Source: Psammoneis japonica (lineage: Eukaryota). Taken from it: a stretch of DNA of 36,339 bases. The notes under the pieces were generated by a model that made no database searches, had not been told where the DNA came from, and saw nothing but the letters and a program-made list of their open reading frames with translations. Positions within the stretch are counted from its first letter, which is position 1. Each line of letters begins with the position of its first letter. Shown here one piece after another: positions 10,545 to 21,385 of the stretch. The stretch is from contig QPGO01000170.1 of assembly GCA_008632985.1 (NCBI GenBank), forward strand, positions 124,001 to 160,339, read 5' to 3'. The translations under genes and the position numbers were made by a program.

Positions 10545-13157
10545 AACATGAAGAAGTGAAATGGCTCACACAACCAGGTGAAGCTGTGTTGGCGCATTTT
10601 CCAGATTTTGGAGGTCCAGTCAAATGCATCGGATTGGCCAGAAGAAGAAAGGACCCTTGCCATGTTCCAGTTTTCACCGGTGGCAACTGTGTGCATTGTC
10701 CAACATGCAGTCTCAAGAGACAGAGCATTTTCTGCAATGCCCATGTTGCAGGCCGGCTCCCATCCGGAATGCTGTGCAGTTTGATCTTGACTGCAAAGAT
10801 GCACCTGACTCTGCATGTGGAACAAAAAACAGCAAGAAAACCAAGGAAGAATCTCTCCTCCACCAAATCAAAAAGTGCAACGCCAATCTTGTCAGTTGTT
10901 GGAGGAAGAAGGGCCAACCACATGGGGCGGGTGGCAAGAACTGGGGTTTGTTGTCAATGCGTCCCAAAAGCCTTGGTGACAATTCCAACAACAAAAGAGA
11001 AGTCAAGCAAAAGTTCCACCTGAAACAACCTCGCCGGAAGTCCAACAAGCTGTCTGATGCGTTCGACAACAACATCCTTTTTGTTGAAAAACCAGGCAGG
11101 GAGGGAACGAGGTGTTCCCTCATCATCCACTTCAAGCTGCGTGCAATGCACATGGTGTGATGGGTCCAAATGCTTTAGAGCAAATGAGTCGGCACCTTCA
11201 ATGCAAGGCAGAGATTCTGCACTCGGGTGCCAACCACCCGCACCGGGCAAGTGATCCAACTCATCCATTTGTTTTGAACCCAGATGCAATGGAGGGAATC
11301 ACCAACAATGCTGTCTTCAGGTCACGCAAGTTTGACAAAAGAATTCTTGGACTCGGTTTGTCAACGCAGCTCAGAGCCATTGTTGAACAGGGGCTGAGCA
11401 GTGGGTCAGCACGAGAGTTTTTACTTGCTGCAAAGTTTGACCATTCATGTCGAGGCACTGTGCCAAAGATTTTGGCATGAATGGAGTGATTGCTCAAGGG
11501 TGGAGCCGCAATGGTGGATCAGGTGTTGCAAAGCCTGGAATGACAGAAAAGGAAAAAGACCTCTCTGCCAGGTGCAGACAGTGGATTTTGCAGCTGACCG
11601 TGATTTTGGTTCACGTCATGTGCCAAAAAGCTTTGCATGGAACACCAAGGTCTTCCCAAGGAGAAATGTTGGAGTGAAGATGAAGGTTGTCTGAGAAATG
11701 CCAAGCCTGGTTGGGTTGCCCAGAACAATTGCGAGGTGTGTTAAAGCTCAATGAGGCAGGATCTCACATTGCCGGTTTTCCTCTAAAACACTTTGACTCA
11801 GAAAATGAGCGGGAATTCCTCTTGGATGACATTGGCAACGGTGTTGTGTTCATTGATGATTGGCGGGGTTGCAACACTGGCAAAGATTTGGTGGATGAGC
11901 TGAGAAGGCATTCGGCACCCATCACGAACACAATGTTTGACCATCTGTTGCAAAACAGAGAGATCGTCGGAGTTCAGTTACAAAAGCTGCTGTTCAAGAC
12001 GGATTGTGAACATGCAAATGCCCCATTGGAACAACTGGAATCCCTGACAGATGGCTTCAACCTTTCCACAATGGAAAACACAGATGATGTTCAGTGCGCC
12101 ACCCAACACATTGGGGATCACCTTCAGTGATTTGACAGTGGCGACCATGAGGGCATGTTGGGATTGCTTGTTGATGAAGGCTCAGACAGAGACCTTCTCC
12201 TGGGATCACCCACAGCTGGTTCAATTTCACATTTCACTGTGAGGGGCATGTTGCTTTCCACCACAGAGACGAATTCGCGGCATTTGTGGGCATGGAATTC
12301 AATGGCGCACCTCTTGTTGCATTGAGGGAATCTGTGAAACCTGAAAACCAAGAATCTGTGAAGACTTTGTTGCAGAAAAATGAAGTGGGATTGTTGCGCC
12401 ACCAACTGGTGTTGATGATGAAGCAACTGAAGAACAACGGCAACATGAGCGGAACAACGTGTTCAATGTTGCAGAGATTTCAATGCATGGATCCTTTGTT
12501 GACCAACATTGAAGAGATGCAAATCTGCTGTGCATTCATTTCCAGTCAATTTGACACTCTGCAGGCAAAGGACACTGGCGGAAGTCACGAATCTGCCAGG
12601 GAACTTTTGTTTTGTCGAGAAGCCAGGAAGAACAAATCACCCAAGCAGTGGTTGCCAAGCAAGAGGTTGGGCGATGTGCGCGTGGCTTTGACGATCCAAT
12701 CGGCTTCCGCGATGGGACAAATCCCCCCTCAAAATGCGCAGTGGCATGCACATCCAAGGGCAACTCTGGATTTTGTCTCTTTGTCAGCATGTGTGTTGTC
12801 AGGAAGGAAGCACATGCGAGAGGTGAATGGATCTCCTTGTTGAAGGCAAGGGAAGTTGTTCAAAATGCAATTGAAGTTGCAAGAAAAAATGGCAGAAGAC
12901 CAACTTGGGCCAAATGTGACCAACTGGGCTGCAGGGAATGTCGATCAATGAACAACAAGTTGTGTGAGGATCCATGCCACCTCACATCTGGCGAGTGGGG
13001 TGTGTTGCCCGTTCCCTCTTTGGAACATTCGAACAAGTCGACAAGCGGTTTGTGGCCTGATGAATCAGAGCACAGGATTGAATGTTTTGTTGGTGACCAA
13101 TGGTGTGATTTTGTCAACTCATGTCAGTGTTTGCTCTTGAGTCAAGTCAAAGCATGA
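10545..13157 (+). pseudogene. Large decayed coding region, function unknown
   Basis: Consecutive protein-like plus-strand fragments (11687-12130, 12286-12843, 12612-13157) broken by TGA stops and frameshifts. No family recognised. Confidence 0.4.
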
Positions 13158-13400
13158 ATGGATGAAGCAGAAGGGTTTGTTCCAATTCCGAGAATCGAAA
13201 CTGAGCGGGACCAACCAGCACTTTTAGACAAATTAGCAAGATCTCACTGTTCGCTGCACTTGCTGATGGAAGGACCAACAAGGAGTGGAACCAACAGATG
13301 CTTTTAGATGGGTTGACACGCCTTCACAGCAAACTCATTAGAACACTGACAGAGTGCTTAAAAAAATTTACGAGCGTTTCCTTTTTCCCAAGGTGCGTTG

Positions 13401-14560
13401 TCATTTCTCTTCATCTCGCTTCCTGCGTTTGTCTGAGTGAAGCTGGAGCACTTTGTTGGACAGGAAATAATTTGGCCAGTCATTGTGTCTGTCTGCAACA
13501 AACAACAATGAGTTCGAGCATCCCGCTGCTTCAACATTGTCTCCATTGCAGTTGTTGGGAACCAGGACAGAGAAACCACCCGCTGTAATTGCGTCTCTGC
13601 CAGCATGCCAAAATTTTGGGACATGCAATGTCTTTGTCTGTTCCTTGCATGACTGTCCTGCGGCAAGTGGCGTTGTTCCGTCATCAGCCAGTGCAAAACC
13701 ATGGAGCACAAAAGGGTGCCTTTTTTTCTGACCGGTTCCCTCTTTGCACAAGACCCTGGGTGTGTCACACCACAACCCATTGTTGTTGCAATTGGGGTGT
13801 CCATGAATTAAAATCCCTTTCTCTGGCATGGCAAACTCCGAGCAAACAACAATTTCATCATGCTTGGTGGACAGTTCCTCCGTTGGCAACAACAAAAAAT
13901 GAAGCAGGGTGGAGTCCACTTCTGCAGTTTCCGGGACAACCCGGATCTTGTTGCTGCCTGAACACTGACAGCAAGTTTGGGCAGTTCTGTTCACAACAAA
14001 CAAGGGGTGCATCAATTTTCTTCAGAGGAAGATGCGCTTGCCTGGCCAACCATGGGATGGATGAGAGGGCTGCATGCCTTCTCGAGAACTGCCATGTCAT
14101 GCAAACGAACAACAAGTTGGTCCAAGAAATTGTCTGCACCCAAAGCAACCTGGCAAGTTTTTGCCGGAAGCTTGGCCCAGAACTTCAGGTGACTCTCTCC
14201 AGTCATGGCAGAGAAATTTGCAATCTGGCCACAAAGGAAAGAGTCGACAATGAGATGCAGCATAGAATGGAACTTGGTGGTCCGGAACAAACTGGTGTTC
14301 CTTGTGCGATGAAGGCAAACTTTTGTCTTGAACATGAGCAGGATGACGCGGCACTTGAAATCCACCTTTCCTGTTTTTTCATGGAGTCCCTTGCTGCAGA
14401 GACAAAACAAATGGAAAAGCAGCACATGATGCAACAAGTCCAACAATTCATCAACTCCACAATCGACGGATTTTCATGAAAGAGTCAGGAAGTTTGTTTT
14501 CCATTTCTGCACAAATGACAGTGCTTGGCAATTTTGACTTGGTGAGAAGAAAGTGCCATC
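13401..14560 (-). pseudogene. Plavaka-like transposase, C-terminal portion (left of the copia insertion)
   Basis: TKFHSMLHL...GQIANFSAMTGESHLKFWAKLPAKTCQ (14012-14446) and IHGHPNCNNNGLWCD (cf. HPNY...WYD) in ORF 13401-14015. Confidence 0.7.
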
Positions 14561-14565
14561 TGTCT
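14561..14565 (+). repeat. 5-bp target site duplication TGTCT (left copy; right copy 21609-21613)
   Basis: ccatc-TGTCT-tgacagg at the left end; ctgtca-TGTCT-gctc at the right end. Confidence 0.95.
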
Positions 14566-14841
14566 TGACAGGATTTGAACAGGATTTGGATGCGCGCGAA
14601 GCATCGCGCGCTGTTTAGTTTGCCGTGCACAGTTTTGTGTGCTTTAGTTCCGCGCGTTCACGCGCGATGTAGTTTGCTTTCGAGCCACAAGGCTCACAAG
14701 AACAATGACAGCAGCCCGATTATACCGACTTGCACGTCTTTCGGCTCCTGCAACGGTCTCTGAGCGGAGACTCATCTGCCATTTAGACAGCAGCAAGGAG
14801 TCATTGTTTGAATTCTTGCCATTTGCCTTCAATTTCTGTCA
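14566..14841 (+). repeat. 5' LTR (276 bp)
   Basis: Ungapped alignment to 21333-21608 with 12 mismatches; TG...CA ends with a 6-bp inverted terminus. Confidence 0.97.
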
Positions 14842-14858
14842 GATTGACAGTCTTGCTC
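14842..14858 (+). promoter_or_regulatory. Putative primer-binding site, half-tRNA type
   Basis: gattgacagtcttgctc directly follows the LTR. Its reverse complement GAGCAAGA-CTGTCAA-TC resembles an anticodon arm, and there is no TGG complement to a CCA end. Confidence 0.45.
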
Positions 14859-15715
14859 ATTGTCAACCCATTGAGCAACCGCCATCATCGTCGTTGATTT
14901 TCCAACGACGCTGTTTTTAATTCTGCGTGGACCTCCGTACATGTTCTACATGCATCGGCAAGTCTGCGCGCATTCAATGCCAGGGCATCGGCAGGAAGTT
15001 AACGTCACCGTCAAGTCTCCTCACCGCTGGACATCTGGATTGATCATGCTACCTTTGATCGCTGAAGACATACATTCAACGGTCACATCCAAGTCCATCC
15101 TTGATCCTCATCCCTTGATGTACCTGTTCACATCTTCACGGCCAAGAACCTGCACCCACTCTTCGGACTGCGGTTTTGCTGCCACTCTGCAAGCACACCG
15201 AGTCCATTGCACCTGATCTACCCCGGACCACTGGTGCTCTGCAGTTCCACTGGGTCCACGAGGACGACTGTGAGAGCAAGCAGCCGTGATTGCAGCCTGC
15301 GTTGGGGCGAGGGTGCTTTCCCGCGTTTGTTCGTTCGTCCACAGCGCCTGACGCCTACGTCAACTGGCCAGCCTGATCGGGAAATCCAACCGATGTAAAA
15401 TGAGAACGGTTCGGGGGTCTTGTCCACCTCTGGTCAGCTTACCTGCAGGGGTTTACAACCCGCTGCTCCGCTCGTAAGCAACCCAAAGCGCCACCAGCTG
15501 CGGGTTCGGACGTGCCGGCACAACTCTACGGACCGGATAGGAAGTTTAGCACTCAACAACGAACGGGATGACAAAGCCCGGCGACTTCTGATTTTTAAGA
15601 TAGTTCAAGATTTCAAGTCAAGTCTGTTTCAAGTCAAGTCCACTCTCACCCAAGTTTCGAGTCTACCTTCGCTTCCCAACCAGAATTGATTGTCCTGACA
15701 CCATTTTTGTCTACC

Positions 15716-18700
15716 ATGGTTCTCACTCGTCAGCAACAAACCGATGGTTTCGAGCACGTGGTTGGAACCGTGCTTGCCCAAGGTGCTGGGAGTCCTCTTC
15801 GTTTGGCTTTGGCCCAAGACGGCACGGACTCACATCAGGAACTATTCACGTTCATGCCGTCCCAAATCGACTCGCTTGAGTGCGACAACGGCACTAATGC
15901 AATCCCTTTGCCCCGTGGTTGTGAGAACATGTTAGCAGCACTGGTCAGTCTGTACATTGTTAAAGCACACAAAGGTCTTGACGTTGCCAACGACTCCTCT
16001 TTGTTCACGCATGACGAGTTCCTTGCCTGCCGCCTCAGCCCCGACTGCATGTCTTCTGTGTCCATCGGCAGCTCACCCCTTGCACCTCCACATGTCACCA
16101 ACCCGACCAAGGCACGCGACCCGGTGCGAGACTTCAAGCGAGGCATCAAGCGTGATCCCACCGCTTTCACGGCTCTCAAATCCGACAAGCAGTGGCACAC
16201 TTGGCACACCTCACTTGTGGCACAAGCCCGTGCCCAAGACGTCGAGTGCACTCTAGACTCGTCGTACAAACCGACCAGCCCCGAAGACAAACTGCTCTTT
16301 GCTGAACAGCAAAAGCACATGTTCGCCGTCTTCGAACGCATCCTTCTCACCGACAAGGGCAAGGCTCTCATTCGCGAAAATGTGGGGTCCTCTGACGCAC
16401 AGACCGTCCACCGCTCCTTGTCTGCACACGCGCTTGCCTCCACCCGTGCATCTGTCGAGTCCTCCACCCTGCTCACGCACCTCACCACCGCACGTCTTGG
16501 TGATGGCACTTGGAAAGGTCCGACCCACGGGTTCATCCTTCATTGGCAAGATCAGTTGCGCAAGTACGAGGCACTCATCCCCGCCAGCGACCACTTCTCT
16601 GAAGGACAGAAGCGCGTCATGCTCGAGAATGCCGTGCATCCTGTCGAGGAACTCCGTGCTGTCAAGAACCAAGCTGATCAGCATCGTACGCAGAGTGGCA
16701 AGAGCCTCACATGCGATCAATGCTGTGGCTTGCTCCTCTCCGCGGCAGCTCAGTGCGACAGCACGTTTCAACCCAAGACGACACCTCGAGCTCCCCGACG
16801 CGCCATGTGCGCACACGACGTCTGCTCCGAGGAACCGTCCGACGATGTGTTCTACGACATTGACAGCGACGTTGACGTCCTTCAAGCCAATGCTGCCTGC
16901 ACTCGTGGTCCCAGCCTCACCGGTGTCCAATGGAGACGTCTCCCTCCCGACCACCAACGGCTCTGGGATTCGTTGCCCGATTCCACCAAGGCGATCATCC
17001 TCGAGCACTCTCGTCCGCCTCCCCGCAACCCGCGAGCCAGTGACCACCATGAGTCTGTTATGGCCAACCTTCACGACCAACACCTTGGGAGTGACGGTGA
17101 TGTCAACTTGTCCAACACGACTCCTGCTGACTGTGGTGACCCCGCCACACATGTGGATGCCACTTCGGATGATCCCATCCTGGCGCACCTCACCAAGCGC
17201 AAGCCACTGCCACCCGGTGATCTGCAACGTCTGTTGTCTCCTAACCAAGCCCCCAATGCCAGTCGACCGGGGCCATCCGCCGCTTCCTCCACCCCGCCAG
17301 CTTCTGCAGATGACATGGAACTTAACGGCCGCACTTGCCGCCGCGTCAACAACCACAATGTCATTTGCTCTGCCTCTGCTCATCGCTCCACACGCACTGG
17401 CGCTCTAGTCGATCGTGGGGCCAACGGCGGCATTGCTGGCGACGACGTTCGCATCATTGCACGCACCTCTCGCCAAGTCGACGTTCAGGGCATCGACGAT
17501 CATCAATTGGTGGACATCCCCATTGTCACCGCTGGTGCCGTCATTGAGACCCAGCGTGGTCCCGTCATCGCCATCCTCCATCAGTGCGCATGCACGGGAA
17601 AGGGCAAGACCATCCACTCCTGCGGCCAGCTCGAATGGTGCAAACAGGATGTCAACGATCGCTCTGTCAAGGTGCCCAACGGCTTGCAACGCATTGCCAC
17701 TCCTGATGGCTGTGTCATCCCCATTGACATCAAGGCTGGCCTGCCTCATGTTGCCATGCGACCTTGCACTGACGCCGAATGGGACACCCTGCCCCATGTC
17801 ATCCTTGCCGGTGATGACACATGGGACCCTTCCGTCCTCGATCACTCTGTCACTGACGACGACCAGTGGTGCGACGCGATCTCTGATCCACAGGACGATC
17901 CCACTGCCAACCTGTTTGACGAATGCGGCAACTGCCGTCACCGTGTCATTGTCAACGAGACCATCTTGTCCGCTTCCTTGTCTGCCGATCACGCGTCCGC
18001 CCTCGATGATCACCTCATTCCGAACGACGACGTGTTCTACGAGTGTCATCTGCATGCGATTGACCCCACGGGCGATGACGTTCCACCTCCGGAGCGCACT
18101 GTAAAGCCCAAGGACCCCCCCTTCGAGTCTCTTCGGCCTTGCTTTGGCTTCCCACCTGCCGATGCGGTCCGTCGTACTTTTGACTGCACCACGCAGCACG
18201 CCCGCATGCCCGCCGGTACACACCTTCGCAAGGCCTGCAAATCACCCAACCCCGCCCTTAATGTGCACCGCCGCAACGAGCCCATCGCCACTGACACCGT
18301 TCATGCCGACACCCCGGCCGTCGACTCTGGTTGCACCAGCGCCCAACTGTTTGTTGGCACCGAGTCTACCGTCACTGACGTCTGCGGCACTGAGACGGAC
18401 AAAGAGTTTGTCAACACACTCGAGGATCAGATCCGTGAACGTGGTGCACCATCCAAACTCATTAGCGACCGTGCTCAAGTTGAGATCAGCAACAAAGTGC
18501 TCGGGATCCTACGCGCCCTCTTCATCTCCAGCTGGCAAAGTGAGCCTCACCAGCAACACCAAAACTTTGCCGAGCATCGATGCCAGACTGTGAAGCGCAT
18601 GGCGAACACTGTCATGGACCGTTTTGGTTCGCCCGCCCACACATGGCTGCTGGCGCTCATGTGCGTGTGCTTCATGCTCAACCATGCAGCATCCCCACGT

Positions 18701-21385
18701 CTCCACTGGCGCACGCCCCTCGAGACTCTCACTGGATCCACCCCGGACATCAGCCCATTGCTTCGCTTTCACTGGTGGGAACCAGTGTGCTTCCACCTCG
18801 ATGACTCCGATTGGCCGTCCGAATCTCGTGAGTTGCGTGGACGCTTCGTTGGCATTGCTGAGCACGTCGGCCACCAGATGACCTTCAAGATTCTATCTGA
18901 CGAGACTCAGAAGATCCTCTGCCGGTCCAACGTTCGCTCCGCCACCCCCGATCCTGCCGTTCGAAACCTGCGTCTTGATCCTCCTGATGGGGAGCCACCT
19001 GAACCCATCATCAAATCTCGCCATGACGACAACCCCGTCGATTCTCCTGATGGGGAGATCAGGACACCCAAGATGCCAGTTTTCGATCCGCAAGACATCA
19101 TTGGACGTACCTTCCTCATGCAGCCACAAGAGGATGGACAACGCCACAGAGCTCGCATCGTCAAGGCCGTCGAAGACCACGAATGGAAAGTGAACGGCAA
19201 TCCCGAGCTCACTAAGTTCGTCTGCTCTGTCAACAATGACGAATACGAGGAAGTCCTTGCCTGCAATGACATCATGAATCACATTGAGCAAGAAGACGAA
19301 GACACCACCATTTGGAAATTTCGACGCATCGTGTCACACGAAGGCCCTCTGAAGCCTCACGACCCAACCTGGAAAGGCTCAAGCTACAACATCATGCTTG
19401 AATGGGAAAGTGGGGAGATCACGTCCGAGCCTCTTGCCATCATCGCCAAGGACGACCCCGTCACCTGTGCCATCTATGCACGAGAGAACGGACTCCTCGA
19501 CACGGATGGATGGAAGCGGTTCCGCACCATCGCGAGGCGCCAAAAGAAGCTATTTCGCATGGCCAACCAAGCCAAGCTTCGCTCCTTCCGCACTGCACCT
19601 CGCCACAAGTGCGGATGCGAAGTTCCCCGGAACTACAAACACGCCATGTCACTAGACGAACACAACGGCAACCGCAAGTGGGGAGACGCAACTAATCTCG
19701 AGATGGACCAACTCGACGAATACGAAGTCTTCCATGACTGCGGGCCCTTCAAGTCTTCCACTCCTCCTGCGGGACACAAGAAGATCCGAGTCCACCTGGT
19801 GCACGACGTGAAACACGACGGTCGCCACAAGGCACGACTCGTAGCCGACGGGCACCTCACGGACGTACCTGTCGACAGTGTCCACTCCGGAGCAGTCTCC
19901 CTTCGTGGCCTTCGGCTGATGATTTTCCTGGCCGAACTCAACGAGCTGGAGACATGGGCCACCGACACTGGCAATGCCCACCTTGAAGCCACCACCAAGG
20001 AGAAGCTTTACATTGTAGCTGGACCCGAATTTGGCAAACTCGAAGGACACATCCTTGTCATCCACAAGGCACTGTATGGACTCCGCAGCTCCGGTCTCCG
20101 CTGGCACGAGCGCTTCGCCGACTGCCTGCGAGCTGAAGGCTTCTTCCCCTGCCGCGCCGAACCCGACATTTGGATGCGCAGGAACGGCGACCACTGTGAA
20201 TGCATTGCCGTTTATGTGGATGACCTCGCCATTGCCATGAAGGACCCTCAATCTTTCGTCGACACTCTCACGGAAAAGTGCAAGTTCAAGCTCAAGGGTG
20301 CGGGACCCATTGAGTTCCATCTGGGTTGCGACTTTTCCCGGGACCCCGACGGAACCTTGTGCCTGTCTCCGCGCAAGCACATCGAGCGCATGGTCGACAG
20401 CTGCGCCCGACTGTTTGGGGAGAAACCTGCCACCAATGCCCTGTCACCTCTAGAGAAGGGTGACCACCCCGAACTGGACACTTCCGAACTGCTGGGACCC
20501 GATGGCATTCACAAGTTCCAGTCTCTTGTTGGTTCACTCCAATGGGCAGTGTCCCTTGGTCGAATTGACATTGCCACGGCCGTCATGTCACTCTCTAGCT
20601 TCCGAGCTGCACCCCGTCAAGGCCACTTGGATCGTGCCAAACGCGTCTGTGGGTGCCTCTCCAAGATGCGACACGGTGCTCTCCGCGTTCGCACGGAAGA
20701 GCCCGACCATTCGGATCTCCCTGCTCCGGCCTACGAATGGATGCATTCCGTGCATGGTGAAGCAGAAGAGATGATCCCGAAGGACGCTCCACCGCCCCTT
20801 GGCAAGTTCGTCACTGCCACCCACTGCGTCGATGCAAACTTGCACCATTGCATGCTCACCGGACGCTCTGTCATGGGAATGCTCCACTTCCTCAACAAAT
20901 TCCCGGCTGATTGGTTCTCCAAGAAACAAGCCACCGTGGAGACTGCAACCTGCGGATCTGAATTTGTTGCCGCAAGGAATTGTGTTGAGCAGATTGTCGA
21001 CCTGCGCATCACCCTGCGCCACCTTGGCGTCCCGATCCGTAATGTCAGTCACATGTTCGGTGACAACAAGTCGGTTGTAGACAGTGCCACCATCCCGCAC
21101 TCCAAGTTACACAAGCGACACACCGCACTGTCGTTCCACCGTGTGCGTGAGGCAATTGCCTCTGGTTGCCTTGAGTTCCACTTCATCGAAGGCTCCCGCA
21201 ACCCTGCTGACATTCTCAGCAAGCATTGGGGTTGCTCCCAAATCTGGGACCTTCTCCGCCCCCTCATGTTCTGGAACTTCATTCCATCCGAAGTCGAATC
21301 TGTTTCTGTGGCTCCTCAAGCAAACTGGGGAGTGACAGGATTTGAACAGGATTTGGATGCGCGCGAAGCATCGCGCGCTGTTTAG
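15716..21385 (+). CDS. Copia Gag-Pol polyprotein (open frame, missense-riddled)
   Basis: ATG at 15716 (MVLTRQ). Protease LVDRGANGG (~17405); integrase ATDTV / ISDRAQVE / QNFAE (~18285-18575); RT KARLVADGH, KALYGL, YVDD (~19830-20225); RNase H VDAN, GSEF, FGDN, NPADILSK (~20830-21225). Confidence 0.95.
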   Translation: MVLTRQQQTDGFEHVVGTVLAQGAGSPLRLALAQDGTDSHQELFTFMPSQIDSLECDNGTNAIPLPRGCENMLAALVSLYIVKAHKGLDVANDSSLFTHDEFLACRLSPDCMSSVSIGSSPLAPPHVTNPTKARDPVRDFKRGIKRDPTAFTALKSDKQWHTWHTSLVAQARAQDVECTLDSSYKPTSPEDKLLFAEQQKHMFAVFERILLTDKGKALIRENVGSSDAQTVHRSLSAHALASTRASVESSTLLTHLTTARLGDGTWKGPTHGFILHWQDQLRKYEALIPASDHFSEGQKRVMLENAVHPVEELRAVKNQADQHRTQSGKSLTCDQCCGLLLSAAAQCDSTFQPKTTPRAPRRAMCAHDVCSEEPSDDVFYDIDSDVDVLQANAACTRGPSLTGVQWRRLPPDHQRLWDSLPDSTKAIILEHSRPPPRNPRASDHHESVMANLHDQHLGSDGDVNLSNTTPADCGDPATHVDATSDDPILAHLTKRKPLPPGDLQRLLSPNQAPNASRPGPSAASSTPPASADDMELNGRTCRRVNNHNVICSASAHRSTRTGALVDRGANGGIAGDDVRIIARTSRQVDVQGIDDHQLVDIPIVTAGAVIETQRGPVIAILHQCACTGKGKTIHSCGQLEWCKQDVNDRSVKVPNGLQRIATPDGCVIPIDIKAGLPHVAMRPCTDAEWDTLPHVILAGDDTWDPSVLDHSVTDDDQWCDAISDPQDDPTANLFDECGNCRHRVIVNETILSASLSADHASALDDHLIPNDDVFYECHLHAIDPTGDDVPPPERTVKPKDPPFESLRPCFGFPPADAVRRTFDCTTQHARMPAGTHLRKACKSPNPALNVHRRNEPIATDTVHADTPAVDSGCTSAQLFVGTESTVTDVCGTETDKEFVNTLEDQIRERGAPSKLISDRAQVEISNKVLGILRALFISSWQSEPHQQHQNFAEHRCQTVKRMANTVMDRFGSPAHTWLLALMCVCFMLNHAASPRLHWRTPLETLTGSTPDISPLLRFHWWEPVCFHLDDSDWPSESRELRGRFVGIAEHVGHQMTFKILSDETQKILCRSNVRSATPDPAVRNLRLDPPDGEPPEPIIKSRHDDNPVDSPDGEIRTPKMPVFDPQDIIGRTFLMQPQEDGQRHRARIVKAVEDHEWKVNGNPELTKFVCSVNNDEYEEVLACNDIMNHIEQEDEDTTIWKFRRIVSHEGPLKPHDPTWKGSSYNIMLEWESGEITSEPLAIIAKDDPVTCAIYARENGLLDTDGWKRFRTIARRQKKLFRMANQAKLRSFRTAPRHKCGCEVPRNYKHAMSLDEHNGNRKWGDATNLEMDQLDEYEVFHDCGPFKSSTPPAGHKKIRVHLVHDVKHDGRHKARLVADGHLTDVPVDSVHSGAVSLRGLRLMIFLAELNELETWATDTGNAHLEATTKEKLYIVAGPEFGKLEGHILVIHKALYGLRSSGLRWHERFADCLRAEGFFPCRAEPDIWMRRNGDHCECIAVYVDDLAIAMKDPQSFVDTLTEKCKFKLKGAGPIEFHLGCDFSRDPDGTLCLSPRKHIERMVDSCARLFGEKPATNALSPLEKGDHPELDTSELLGPDGIHKFQSLVGSLQWAVSLGRIDIATAVMSLSSFRAAPRQGHLDRAKRVCGCLSKMRHGALRVRTEEPDHSDLPAPAYEWMHSVHGEAEEMIPKDAPPPLGKFVTATHCVDANLHHCMLTGRSVMGMLHFLNKFPADWFSKKQATVETATCGSEFVAARNCVEQIVDLRITLRHLGVPIRNVSHMFGDNKSVVDSATIPHSKLHKRHTALSFHRVREAIASGCLEFHFIEGSRNPADILSKHWGCSQIWDLLRPLMFWNFIPSEVESVSVAPQANWGVTGFEQDLDAREASRAV
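21322..21332 (+). promoter_or_regulatory. Polypurine tract
   Basis: aaactGGGGAG directly abuts the TG of the 3' LTR. Confidence 0.7.

Noticed and set aside
14575..14832. 62-aa ORFs duplicated at 14575/21342 and 14644/21411
   Set aside because: Simply translations of the two LTR copies.
15716..21385. Alternative genetic code explaining Tyr->Cys/His
   Set aside because: Flanking genes use TAY normally, and non-coding LTR and intron sites show the same change.
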